A stretch of DNA of 64,000 bases from Trichosphaerium sp. ATCC 40318. Lineage: Eukaryota; Protista; Tubulinea. The first letter of the stretch is position 1. Each line of letters starts with the position of its first letter. Shown in pieces: positions 26,711 through 39,900 of the stretch. The notes beneath the pieces were generated by a model. That model searched no databases. It had not been told where the DNA came from and was given only the letters and a program-made list of their open reading frames with translations. The DNA is taken from contig JALMLS010000461.1 in NCBI GenBank assembly GCA_038496445.1, positions 1 to 64,000 of the forward strand. Direction: 5' to 3'. The position numbers and the translations under genes are program-made.

Positions 26711-27270
26711 TATGTACAATAAAAGTTCCATCTGTTGGTAACTTTGATATTGCAGCTGATTCTAGTGAACCAAACAACCCCAACTTCATTGTTTCTGATG
26801 CAGCTACAGAGTATATAGTAACTTATCCGCAAAATGAGCACAGACTTGATATTAACGCAAATTCGGCTCGATACGACCTTGACCTTTTCCAAAATGGCCA
26901 AACAGTAGCTCTTGTAATAGAGTGTGTAATGGATCAACCAGTTATAGGAGGTATCAAACTACGAACATCTTATCTTTTGTAAGGAAGTGGTCTTGCCCGC
27001 CTTTTGGCATAGCTGTAAGCTAGACTTCCTTATACTTTAGCACTTGTTTAGCCAAAGTATTCTAACATTTCTTTAGGAATTACTTTAGTTTCACATAATT
27101 TTACAAACGCTCCAAATTCTTTCAATTTCAATGCAACGTCATTCACGTATGTTCGAGTAGTAACATCCTTTAATTTATATTAACTTTTTGCGTTGTAGTT
27201 TCGCAATTGCGCTGCAGCCGCAATTAACTCCCCACCTGTCTACTGTAAGTTTTCAGATAGCTACTTTGGT

Positions 27271-27620
27271 TCCAACGACATTACCACCCACAACTTTGCC
27301 TCCACCTCCAACAACGCTACCTCCAACAACATTGCCTCCAACAACTCTTCCACCAACAACACTTCCACCAACAACATTACCTCCAACAACTCTTCCACCA
27401 ACAACACTTCCTCCAACAACATTGCCTCCAACAACTCTTCCACCAACAACACTTCCTCCAACAACATTACCTCCAACAACGCTCCCTCCAACAACACTAC
27501 CTCCAACAACTTTGCCTCCAACAACTCTTCCACCAACAACTCTTCCACCAACAACGCTACCTCCAACAACACTTCCTCCAACACTACCGCCTACAACACT
27601 ATCACCAACAACGCTTCCTC
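27271..27620 (+). repeat. Coding 15-bp minisatellite (PTTLP)n
   Basis: About 20 degenerate ccaacaacNctNccN units; far fewer in the left-arm copy (7140-7250). Confidence 0.95.
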
Positions 27621-29924
27621 CTAAACCATCTTTGCCAACAACACAACCTCCTACAACACTGGCACCAGCTTCTTCTCCAACGTTTCCAATATCAATAATA
27701 ACAGTACAACCAACAACAACAACGCCAACAGCAACACCAACAGCTACTCCAACTAATCAAGGTGTTATGACACAAGCACCAATAATACAAGCATCATGCA
27801 CACCTGTAGCTTCTTCATCCAATAAGCTAATTTCTATGTATTTCATGGTGTTCAACGTTTTGGCATTTGTGTTGTCTTTATTTGTAAATCATCTTGTACT
27901 AGACTTTGTGAAAGATACGCACTAACACAATAAAGATTATTTACTAGTTTTTCCAGAACTGACCAGATGTTGTAGTTTTAACAGATCTTGTGTGATACAA
28001 TAGCATTGAAGCTAGATAATACTGTAGTCAGCTAATTTTTACAGTTTTTTGTCTTGTCACGTGATTTCTTTTTTTTTTGGTTTTCAGGCTTTGAGAACCC
28101 CACAAACTAGTACCTTCACAGAGGTTTCCACAACGAACATTCTGGTCGAAATTCAAGTTTATCTTTAACAAGATCGAAATGGAGCAAAGGGAGTTGACCT
28201 GGATTACGGGTAAAAAAGATTAACTATACATTCTTTAGTTGGTCATTACCCAAACCATCTCCATGCCTTATATTTGTAAGGCGTTACTTGTAGGTACTTA
28301 AAACATGTGGATTCTTAAAATGAAGTACACGCTCACAGTGAACAATGATAAAATAAAACATGAGATTTAGTTTCTCTTTTGCCGATAATCCGTGTCAAAC
28401 GCTACCAATAGGAGTGGCCTTTTCTAAGAAGGCTTAGCGTTTAATAAAATAACTTTATTTCAGGAAAAATCCATCACTCCTGGTACATGCTTTCAGGAAA
28501 GTACATGATAGCAAGATGGCCATTGTCTTGTTTTATTCATCTTGTAATCTCGATCGGAAGGTAGCTTGCTATTTTACCTGTGGTTGTTATTATACAACGA
28601 GTAATGTAAAATCAACTGCAAATCTCAAATGGATGCAAAGCAAACCGCTTGCAGTGTAACATTAGAATTAACTTTGCATTAAAACGAGTGAGTAAAACCC
28701 TAAGTATATTTTACTTTGGATTAGCGGCTACACTACGCTATCTAACAGCTCTGTAACTTTGATTTTGCGTTGGAAGGAATGTTTGGGTGGATAGCTTACA
28801 GATCAAAGGATTCTTGGTGACGTGGTGCTCCAAAAATGATCAGTTTTTCAGGCTGTGAGGCGTAATTTGTAAGTTGGAAACATAGTACAAATGATCTTTC
28901 CTGGATATCTTCCAGAAGAATGTAACGCAATGAAGCTGTAAACTCTTTTTGTTTGATAAGAGGAGTGGTAGGTAACCTTTCTATTTATTTGGGGTAGCGG
29001 TACACTCTATTGAAATTACACGTTCTGGAGAATAAAGGAGTGATATGTATAAGCAGTAGTATAGTGTAATTACAAATGAATTAGAAACCAAAGGCACTAG
29101 CTAGTGAAGTTTTTAAACAGGCTTTATTACACGTAAACCGACATTTACAAAGATCATTTACACTTTTTCGTGAACGGCTATTTATAATTCGCGAAGTGAA
29201 GTGATGCTAACTAGCGGGCAGGACTACTTCATAACTTCAAGAGCACAGTACACAGCGTTAGGCTCTAGCAGTATGTAGTGCTATTGTAGGCCACTATAAA
29301 CATATCACAATTTACACAATAATCCAAGTCTAAACACTGTTTAAGGATAACGCACATATATCCAGGGTAGGGTATTAGATCTAACCTACTCTATGTATGT
29401 TTTAGGTCACTAGAAAATACTCAAAGCCCTAAAAACGGCCCGCAAGTCTGGTTAGTTGAATATCGTCATGTTCGTGAATTAGAGTCAAAGTTGCAGTGAA
29501 TCAGCTGAATTCAAAAAACGCATAACAAGTTGTGTTTAGGAGTTGTAAAAATATGATTTTGAAACACCTAGCACGTGATTAATCTGCTACGCAAGGATAA
29601 AAAGTTTCGATTTTGTTGTGCGAACGATTTTGGGTTGTTGTTGGCGTAAATCAACATGTCAAAAAAGGAGAGTAGATTCATATAAATAGACACTTTTTTT
29701 GTGTTGGTTTTCTGTTAACATTTTTCATGTTCTGATAATTTTTGCGTTCCACATTACTTGTTACCTCTAGTTTTATCTCTTATTCTCACCAATGGATTTT
29801 TAGTTATGTCCCTTTGGCGTATTCAACGTTACTTATTTGTTACCTCTAGATATCTCACCAATGTAGTGCACATACACAAACGTGTTAAGCAAAAATAGCA
29901 CAATTTACCATAACTCTCTACAAG

Positions 29925-31085
29925 ATGACACGTACTTCTGTACCCCTTATCGTCTGTATTTTATCTTCCCTATCGATCGTCTATGCCAACACCTACAATA
30001 CTCTTGCCTCTGGATCAACACTCACTTGTCAAGGATGTAGAAAAGACATGCATTCTGGACGCTTTGTCTACTGCGATGGATATTACGCTGGCTCGACTGT
30101 AACCCACTGTGACTGGGTGGGCGGTGCTGGAGAATGTACCTTTCCGCGGGATACCTCTGTTACGAAAGCTGAGTGCCAACAAATGTGCGATAACGACTCT
30201 CGATGTGGATTCTATACAAGCTACTACAACTCCATCTGTAACTTATTCTTCATGACCTCCTGTAATCTCATTTCTGGCGGTGCCTCGGGAGATACCTTAG
30301 AAAAAGTTGTAGCAGCAACAACGGCACCCCCAACATATGCGCCAACACCCCCACCTCCAACGGACCCACCTACGACTGAAGCACCAACAGATCCACCAAG
30401 AACCTACAGCTCTCTAGCGACAGGTTCAACACTCACATGTCAAGGATGCCGTAAAGATCTGTTTGCTGGTCAATTTGTGTACTGCGATGGATACTACGCT
30501 GGCTCTACAATTACCACATGTAATTGGGTAGGCGGTCCCGGAGAGTGCACCTTCCCCCGCGATACTTCCGTTACACACGCTGAATGCGAGCAAATGTGTA
30601 CTGACGATCCAAGATGTAACTTTTTTACAACGTACTACGACTCTATTTGTAATTTGTTCTACATGAATACTTGTACACTCATCAGCGGTGGAGCTTCAGG
30701 CAATACGTACTCTAAAGACCCTGTAACCGAGCCGCCGACATTAGCACCAACCGAACCTCCTCAAACCTACACTTCTCTGGCTTCAGGCTCAACTTCTACT
30801 TGCCAAGGATGTCGCCGTGATATGCATGCGGGAAGATTTGTTTACTGTACTGGGTACTATGCTGGATCGACTGTAACCCACTGTGACTGGGTAGGCGGTG
30901 CTGGAGAGTGTTCGTTCCCAAGAGACACATCTGTGACTAAAGCCGAATGTGAACAACTTTGTACGGCTGATTCAAGATGTAACTATTACTCAAGCTACTA
31001 CAACTCTGTATGTAACTTGTTCTACATGAATACTTGTAACTTAATCTCCGGTGGTGCCTCAGGTGATACTTACAGTAAAGATTAG
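29925..31085 (+). CDS. Secreted triple PAN/Apple-like repeat protein, right-arm copy
   Basis: 386 aa, differing from the left copy at only 2 residues. TATAAATA at ~29681; AATAAA at 31094. Confidence 0.9.
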   Translation: MTRTSVPLIVCILSSLSIVYANTYNTLASGSTLTCQGCRKDMHSGRFVYCDGYYAGSTVTHCDWVGGAGECTFPRDTSVTKAECQQMCDNDSRCGFYTSYYNSICNLFFMTSCNLISGGASGDTLEKVVAATTAPPTYAPTPPPPTDPPTTEAPTDPPRTYSSLATGSTLTCQGCRKDLFAGQFVYCDGYYAGSTITTCNWVGGPGECTFPRDTSVTHAECEQMCTDDPRCNFFTTYYDSICNLFYMNTCTLISGGASGNTYSKDPVTEPPTLAPTEPPQTYTSLASGSTSTCQGCRRDMHAGRFVYCTGYYAGSTVTHCDWVGGAGECSFPRDTSVTKAECEQLCTADSRCNYYSSYYNSVCNLFYMNTCNLISGGASGDTYSKD

Positions 31086-31410
31086 CAACAATCAATAAAG
31101 TCTCAAGACCCCTTCATAATACTTTAGTCAGTTAGGTATCTCTTTTTTTTTTGGTTTAAGTCTTTTGAGAACACAAAACTAGTCTCTTCACAGAGGTTTC
31201 CACAAAGAAAATTCTAGCTGAAATTGTAGTTTGAGCGCGGAATGACACAAAGTTAACTATTAACAGATTGCATTCGGGTCGGGTAGTTGGGTAAATTATT
31301 TTATGAACGGTTAAAAAAATGAAGAAGTTATTTTTTCTTCTAAAGTCTTGTTTGACGAAAATACAAGTTTAAATAAATGTAGTATAACATTACTAAACGA
31401 ACTCCAAAGC

Positions 31411-33308
31411 ATGTCGAAGCATGGCACACTAATAATAGCTGGATGGACAGTTTGTCTCATGAGAGATGTTTAGATATCTACAATATCTAGATAATCTAGA
31501 TAATTTCGCCAAAACTAGATAATTCACAAGTATCTAGATAATTTAAAATATCTAGATATTATAAAACGTGGTTTCAAATCCCACTTCCTATGGTACAACG
31601 TGGTATTTGAAACCATATGAAGGTGCCTTATTTTCGAATATCTAGATAATTTGTAATATCTAGATATTTTTCGCAAAACTAGATATTTCACAAATATCTA
31701 GATACTGTAAAATATCTAGATATCTCAGATATCTAAACATCTCTATGGCTATTTTACCAGTGATAGTATGGTTTGGTTTAATTCTACACCACATAGCGTA
31801 TGTTGAATTTAAATATGTCTTTCACACGTGCTTTGCGGAAACAAAAAACCGAATATTTCTCTTATGATACCATGATTGGCATAGCCACATACACGTTATT
31901 AATTATTGAACTTGTTTTAGAAAACACGATCTCAGATATCAGGATGCAACATGTCAACTAACAAGCGCAAATGTAAGTCTATCGACGTGTTGTCATATTG
32001 TAAATTGTGTATGCAGTGATATGTACGAAATATCAAACTCTGAAATCCGCTCACTTTACCTCATATCACCATAGACACCATGCACAAAGTTGCGAGCGTC
32101 TCATTACAGTAAGATAGGTTTAAAATATTGGTTTTTAACAAAACTATTGCTAGGATAAGAATAATGGCACGTGCGGTAATGGATATGGATGTTGTAAGTC
32201 CAGACGTATATGTGATGATGACGGATGCTACGATAAATGTCAACAAAGCGTGGAAAATCAACAGTGCAGTGTCGAATGTAATCCTTGTTGGGTGGTTGAG
32301 GCCGAGGTTTGTTGATTCTGTATTGTAGTGTTCAATACTAAGCTTGTGTATAGTGGGACTATACATGCCATGCCGGCAACAAAGACAAATGTTGCTTTGG
32401 TAACAACAATCGTCATGTGGCAACTACAGCTTTTGAACAACGTTCAGATGCCCTGATTCATCAGACTGAGTACCAAGTAAGGCGTATCTCTTTATTATTG
32501 CTCTTCGTACTAATATCAAGTCAATAGGTTTTCAGCAATCGCAGTTGTTTCTATAATCCGAACGATTGTTCAGAAATACTTTTTTATGGAGGTACACGAG
32601 TACTTACTCTCTCCACACAACAAGTTAATCTTTGTCTATATTAGGCGTAACTACTATTTTTTGGGTAGCATTAGTAATATTTTCTGTAATAATTATTGCG
32701 ACATTTATGGGGTGTTGTTCGACTGTGTTTGCTCTTGTGTTACAAAAACAAGTGAAGGCACGTGTTGTATATCCTATCCTAGTTTGCTTATATATTGTTC
32801 TATGTAGATTCCCATCACCATCGCTGTTTGTTTATTTGTGTGGTTGAGCATCATTGTTCCACTTGTCATCTTTGTTCCAATAATCCGTCATGGAAGTAAA
32901 CTTCTCATCCTTCCATCAACCAAAGATGGTTTGACAATCGCTGCATTCTTCTTTGGTGGTCTAGGTGCTGCCTTGGTACCAATAATCACGTTTGACGAAA
33001 TTGATAAATGGCAACGAAGAAAGCAGTACAACTGTTCAAAACTTGATGTGGCTTGTATTGTTGTTGGGTTTTCAATCGTTCAATTCTTCTTACCTATCAG
33101 TGTTGCAGCACCTATAGCGTATATCAGAAAATCAAAGGTTTTCATGATCATCACATTTGTGCTTTTAGCAATACCTTTGGTATTTACAGTTGTTGCACTC
33201 CTGTACGGAAGGTGTTTGGCAATCAAAAGAAAACCAAGAATGGATGCCAAAAAAGCTGCGATACGAATCACTCCTAGAGTTGCTGCTATTGCAACTAAAC
33301 CGACTTGA
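31411..33308 (+). pseudogene. Cys-rich-loop multi-pass membrane protein, right-arm copy, exon 1 interrupted by a MITE
   Basis: MSKHGTLIIAGWTVCLM-[insertion]-MAILPVIVWFGLILHHIA; downstream exons are collinear with 40368-42183. Confidence 0.7.
31462..31744. mobile_element. 283-bp foldback-like MITE with 3-bp ATG target duplication
   Basis: Perfect 18-bp TIR agagatgtttagatatct with ATG on both sides, many (a)tctagata subterminal palindromes, absent from the left arm. Confidence 0.92.
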
Positions 33309-33884
33309 GGGGATAGAACAAAAGCTGATTAATAAAATTTGGTTTTAGATAGCTATCGTGTTGACTACTTGGTGCCTTTACCCTTAGGTTCTTTTGTAGA
33401 CACGCTATTTCTTGAAATGGTTTTTAAAATACTGTCAATGCTAAAAGCAAACAACCGATAATTCTGCTCTGGATTTTTGATTTCAATGAATGTTGATTTA
33501 ATTCAAGGTCAATTGTAATAAACCTTTCTGCCTCTTCAAGGTAGAGATTCACAAGACTCTTAATAATCTTATTGAACCAACAGAATGTCATAAACGTTTA
33601 CTGAATGGACGCAATGGGAACACGTGATATTACTTCCACCTAGTCTTGTGAAGGGTCCATAGTTAGCCATAGTGTCACAATCTTGTAAACTACACTATTG
33701 CCCACGGTGAAATTATGTTTGAAATAGTTTCGCTTTATTACCAGTAACCAATTTACGTACCAACTAGCTGAACTTTAGGCAATTCTGTTATTGAATAATC
33801 TCGCTTGGTACAAAGCTCTAAACCCACAGTTAACCACAGTGAACTAATCATGCAAAAACTTACTATTATAAATAATTGTCTACA

Positions 33885-35593
33885 ATGATGTCAACCGCCT
33901 TTGTTGTAGTTGTTTTGTTCATCACTCTCCAAGTTCATTGTATGTTATCTTAGCCTAACAAAACCTTCTTACTATAACAATAGGCCGTCTTTCTAGTAGC
34001 GATTATATCCTCTACAGTAATGAGAACGGAACACGTGCGCCAATATTAACTACAATTGTTGGTGGAGAAAAGACTGTTGCTATAATTGTAAGTGATGATG
34101 AATATACAACTAGCGCAAATACGCAAGGTTCAATTGAAAACAAAATGTATGTTTACGTAAACACAGCTCAAGGTACGCTTTGCGAAACTCTTCTCAAATA
34201 ATAACCTTAATTACATACAGAGGTGAACGAAGGAAGATTGAACTTGCTTGATACTTTAGATGGAAGGCTTGTCGAAGTTGTTGAAGGTCCTGACGAGATA
34301 GCTATATTTGCTTTTTATAGTAATAGATTCGGAGTTCGATACGTACGACGCGATGATACACACGTGCGTTTAGATTTTCTTCCTTTTTGCTGATCTAACG
34401 TCATTACACTTTAGTATTACATCACAGAACTCATTGAGTTGCTTCAACCAGCATTCGCATCATCACTTCAGAGTGTCGCTTCCTTCGAACCAAGTAATAT
34501 AAATCCAACTACTCAACAACTCTTATTTTTTGCTTAGTTTATGGTCGTTATTACTGTGGATACACCCAACCTTCTCGAGGATTTGTATTGTATTCAATTT
34601 CGAGTAATGGAAGCGTTATTAGAGAGCAACTATTGAGGGGAGGTAATAGTTTGTACCTTTGAACCTTACATTGTCTGAGTGGCTTCTTTAGACCAGTACA
34701 CAAATGTGACTCAAGCCCAACTGGTTTATCACAAACAAGGCCACCTAATTTTAGCTTTTATTAAGGATACCATCTTATCGTTTAGCACGTTTAAGTTCAG
34801 AGTAAGCCTATGCATATGTATAGACTCTAAGTATAACCGCAGGTTCCAAGTGGACTTATCTTCTATGATCCATTGCTTAGTATAAACAATACAAGGTCGT
34901 TTAGAATGATACACAACAAAGCCTTAGACAAACATGTACTAGCATACAACTTGATGACACCTAACAAAGAAGCTTATACAACTGTGATAAACGGCAATTT
35001 TAGGCTTCTAGTTTTTACTAATCCCGTGTTCATTGCAGAGAACATAGACTTCAATAGATTTCAAACATCTGAATTTATTGACATTGCATCAACTGAAGAT
35101 AAAGTCCCTGGAGTTGTTGCTTATATCACTTACCCAGGCGAGAAATTCCAACCGATATTAAGACTAAACACAGGAGGGACTGTAGTCAGAGGTGGATTAT
35201 ACTTTAAGGAAGGACCCGTTGAAGTGTCAAACATTGGCTTTGGATTTAATTGTTCAATAATTGTACGCAGAGTGTCACTTGTTCAGCTTCTAACTATTCA
35301 TGTAGCTTTCAGCGCAAGCAAAACGGCTTGGTCCTTTCTACTACAAAGTTATCAACTTATGTGAGTTTGATGCGGAGCCTCTCATACCTTCTGCTGTTCC
35401 TACTCCGATGCAGGGTGCGCCATTTTCAATACGAGAGCCTGCCAGTACACAGACACCCACTTCAAGTCCCATCACGCCGTCAGCAATTATTGCACCATCT
35501 ACTGCTCCTACCCCGCTTACATCATCATCCAAACTCAAATTTCTTTCATTGTTTATAGTTTTCTTACTGTGGGCCGTTCTTATGCACCAATAA
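33885..35593 (+). CDS. Secreted surface protein with Ser/Thr/Pro stalk and GPI-like C-terminal signal
   Basis: TATAAATA at ~33867, signal peptide, multiple short introns; ends PTPLTSSSKLKFLSLFIVFLLWAVLMHQ*. Confidence 0.8.
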
Positions 35594-36930
35594 ACAATCG
35601 TTTGTCACGTGTCTTCAAGCTGCTATTATTCTAGCAAATGACATAGATGCAAGATTGCTTATACATACCACCTGTTTGAACACAAAGTACTCTTTGAGTG
35701 TTATATTTCAAATTTTTGGTTGCTGCTAAGAAAATTCTGGAAAAAACAGTTTCTAGCCATGCCCTGGATCTCACAGATTTTCGCTTTGCAAAGAGGGTAC
35801 TTGGCTTATTTTTTCAAAAGTTGTCGACCCTTTGCTACCGCCCACAAAGGAATCAAACTAACCCAAGATTTATTATCATATGACCACCTGTATCGAAATA
35901 TTACGAGCACTTTTCGGCCGAAAATGACTTTGCACAGCTTTTCATGAACCCTACAGTATTTTTCCGAAACTACGCTGAATTTTAAAAACAATGCACATTT
36001 TCCGTGGAAATTTATGGTCCGATTTCTGTAAACCTTAGAGACGTCCTACACGTGATGTTCTTGTCAAAAAGGAAGAGTTATTGCCTTGTACAAAAAATAT
36101 GTAGCACCGGTATTTTCATAACTTCAAAAATTGTGAACGTGCAGGTTGAACATTCTTTTATCTTTTACTTTTTATAAATTACGGTCGTTTGGTACTAAAT
36201 CGAGAACTCCACTGCATAGAAACAGGCTACTGCGAGATTGTATTAAGCTACCTCCGCGTGTCCCTTATCATACAGCTAGGTTCACTAGATTGTTGTATGG
36301 TGCCTACTGCGAAGATTTGAGGCAGTGAAAACTAAGTTGTATCGCGAGGTAGTTAAATAGAGCGAGTCGAATCATACGTTCACCAATATGATTTTAAACA
36401 CAAGGTATCGGTTCATAACCTTTCACAGGGTAAATTATACTCGGAATACATAGTGCTAGCTACTTGGTTGTCACGTGACACACATTTCTTTTAAGTGAGT
36501 GACACGACAAATCTTTTTGCCAACCCATTTCATATGTTGTTTGACGTTTCGCTGCAGTAGTACTTCTAGATTGTTTACACACAGTAGCGCAACCTTTTTG
36601 TATAATGTCTACTGTTTCTGCAGTGTACCAGTGTTATGAATCGGGTAATATATCTTCTCGACGCGAGTAGCCCATAAGCCAATGCTAACTACTGCTTTTT
36701 GATAAAAACTAGCGCAAGCAACTACCGAAAAGTGAATCACTCACGCTAGCATGAAAACTCATCAATTTTATCAGTTTTCTCTAATACTAACGTGGCTGGC
36801 ATCAAGTCCTTGTATGTATTGTTAATTTAAAGTCATAAGAAACTGTTTTATTTACAGCAAAGTATCATATTACGTCATATGAACTTGATCCATACTATTC
36901 TTTTTTTTGATCATTCTTATTTTATTTAGA

Positions 36931-39900
36931 ATGCGAGTTTCATTTTGCTTGGCCTCGCTTTACTTGGTTTCTCTTATTGCGACTGTATACTGTGCTTCAA
37001 GACCTACAGAGTCTGTACCTAACTGCGATGCTGCTTCTTCTGACTGGGGATGTCCTCCTGACGAATACAGAGTTTTCGGAAATGGTAGAATAGACAGACT
37101 TACCTGTAACAAACGACCAGAACCTCGAATGTCATGGGCAACAAAGGTAGTTCGAAGCAATGCCTACAGCACTTGGGCTGGCGCAGAAGACGCTAAAGAG
37201 ACCAATTATGTCCCAGAAAAGGTTATGGACATTAGCATTCGTGTCAACAACTATGCCTTCAAATACCGCGGTATTCTTATCTATGCTCAAGATGCAGATG
37301 GTAACAGAGTTGGTGAATGGCTTCTACCAGATGAAAAGAACCGTACGGTGAAAAAAGCAAAAATCACGTGATTAGAATATTGCAACACTACATTTTCTGT
37401 CTTTGTTTTTTTTGCTTTTTTACTTGTCGTTCACGTGTTGACATCTTTTTGTAGCGTTCTTTCAATTACCTTGGCCTGATACACATGAGTGTCGCCAAAG
37501 TATAACACACAACAGTGCTGAACTTAAGCCTCTCAAGTCAACCTGGAAATGGAAGGCTCCTCCAAAGGGAACAGGTCCAGTAACGTTTCACTGCTTGATT
37601 AAACAAGGTGATGCTAATACTGGCGCGTTTTATTGGCCAAACAATGCAGGACAGGGACCACTCAAACTCACCGAATCAACTGCAAGTAAACCACGCCAAA
37701 CATGGTTTCAATCCAACGTGAGAGTCTTTTTTGTATTTTCGTCTGTATGAAACTAATGTTTCTTAGAGAGGTCAATCTTGTACTGATAGATGCGCTGAAG
37801 AGAACCTGCAATGTGATAAAGTCCATATGGAGCGTGTTAACAGCCCTACGAGAATCGAACAGCTCATTATTCCACAAAGTTTCCCATGCAAACTGCCATA
37901 TGTCAGTGGATGTAGCAACAAAGGAGCTACAATGGGTACCGATGGTCTTTGCTACTATGATGACACCAGATGCGCAGAACAAGGACGTAACAGTCAACCT
38001 GTGACTTGTGAATCAAGAAGTGGTGATACAAGAATTGGGTATGCTAACATCAAACTCTTGCTTTTGTTTTTTTTGTACTTCAATGTAATTGAACTTACTT
38101 TTTTTGTTAGACTTCGTATGTGCAAATGTCTCGCATCTACTCTTCCTCCTGCCAACCCAGGTAGAACTGTTATTGCTGCAAGAGGTACAACTTCACCTGC
38201 CACAAAATCAACTGCATCTTTCTTATTCATGGCTCTCGCTGTCCTTGGCTTGACAATGCGTTCAACCGGAAAGATGTCAACAACACTCATCTTGGCTCTC
38301 TTCCTCGTTGCTATGGTTTCCTTACCATCAATTAATGCTCATAACTGGTCAAAAAGCTACTCTAGAAGCCAAGACATTGCAAGTACAACAACACCTTGCC
38401 CACCAAAACGACAGCCTGCCCCTCATGCTCAAGTTGGGAAAAACCAAAAATTCGAAATCGAATGGACTGTTGGTCACACACAGCCTTCATACTATGTCAT
38501 TGTGAAGGCAGAAGATGAGGCAAGACTCAGCGAGGTTTCATTCGCTGCTATGAACGCCTACATGGACAATGCGCCTAACAGCGCATGCCAGAACTTACCT
38601 GTATACCACAGACAGTTTAGAGCTCGCGATGCTGGCTTCGACCCTTTCTTACAATACTACAGTGGACCTATCCCTGAAACTTCTCCAAACTTTATTCCAA
38701 GACCTTTCGGCGTTTGGCGAGATGATGCTACTTTGTTTGGATATAAAAACGAACTTGAAGTAAGAAACTACTGCGAGTATAGAAGCAATGACTTGGATTT
38801 TGTTCTTGGTATCTTCAAGTTCGAACATTACGCACACAGACCTCAAGATGCTGATATGGTAAGGCTTTCCATACCAGCTGATGCCCCTTTTGGTGATTAT
38901 GTCATACAATGGCTATGGAGAGGATATAGAGATTGTGTTGATGTTAGCTACGTTAATAAGCAGATAGAACATATTTATGGTCTTCCAAATCCTGCTGGTG
39001 GATTCACGTAAGTATTGCTTTGTCTTTTTTTTTTTTGCAACCCGTTTTCTTACTCTCTTTAGCCGTATTGATCATTGTTACTTACCAAATCCACGTAATG
39101 TTTATGGTACGTGATATCTTTAAGCTTAAAAATCATGTGATTTTTGTTGTGAAACACGTGTTTTTTTTTTTTGAAAAGAAAAAGTTGGTGTGCTTTATTG
39201 TATTCTTTGTTCGCATTATCCTTTCCTGACTTTTTTTATAGAATGCCATAGAATCTATACAGGCACAGATATTTGCGCCAGGTATTGTCAAACAAAAGGC
39301 GGATGCAACGCTTTCATTGTTATGCCAAGATCACTAGTTGCAAACAGTTACAACAGTCAAGCCGACCTTATTCCTCAACTGTGCAGAGATAATGTTGTAG
39401 ATCTCGGAGAAGATGCCAAAAACGTTGATATTTGCTTCACTGTACGTGGGCGTGTTCCATCTGAAACTTTCGGATTAGAAGAAGTTGTACACGCTGGAGA
39501 TCCAGCTTACCACTCAACATGTTACATCAAAGGATCTGGTCGCCTCTTTGAAGACTATGAAATACCTCCTCAACATCAAGATATCCCTTGGAGACACGGA
39601 GACGAATGCATCTCTTGTGACGATGTGAACCTGAACAAAAACATAACGCGTGTACCTAAATGGCCATTAACAAACGACTGCCGAAACTGTGACTTGGAAC
39701 CAAAAACGGACACGCCACCTTTCAACCCACCTAAACTGGTCCTCCGAGAAGCGAGCAAGTTCTGCGATGGACATGCTAGTTATTTAAACCTTGGTGGAGG
39801 TACGAGGCATCATGATTGTCCTGGTGATACATGGAAGCAATGTAAGAAAATTGTCTACATAAGAGGACGTGCTTCACCTTGGCACACCCGTCATTTTGCT

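Larger units (their letters stand above)
25901..27925 (+). pseudogene. Mucin-like surface protein, right-arm copy, interrupted by a 630-bp MITE
   Basis: The exon reading GEGDSGI-CTIKVPSVGNFD is split by the insertion at 26081-26710. PTTLP stalk is expanded and the C-terminal frame differs from the left copy. Confidence 0.75.
25348..35027. repeat. Right arm of inverted segmental duplication
   Basis: Near-identical to the reverse complement of 1-8518. It is longer because of two MITE insertions and an expanded 15-bp minisatellite. Confidence 0.97.

Noticed and set aside
27261-27584. Antisense Glu/Leu/Val ORF (also 7009-7272 and 21737-22000) and CRISPR-like periodicity
   Set aside because: These are shadows of PTTLP or poly-Pro coding repeats; there are no unique spacers.
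35690-36145. Transposon-like non-coding tract
   Set aside because: No convincing TIR, TSD or second copy in the window.
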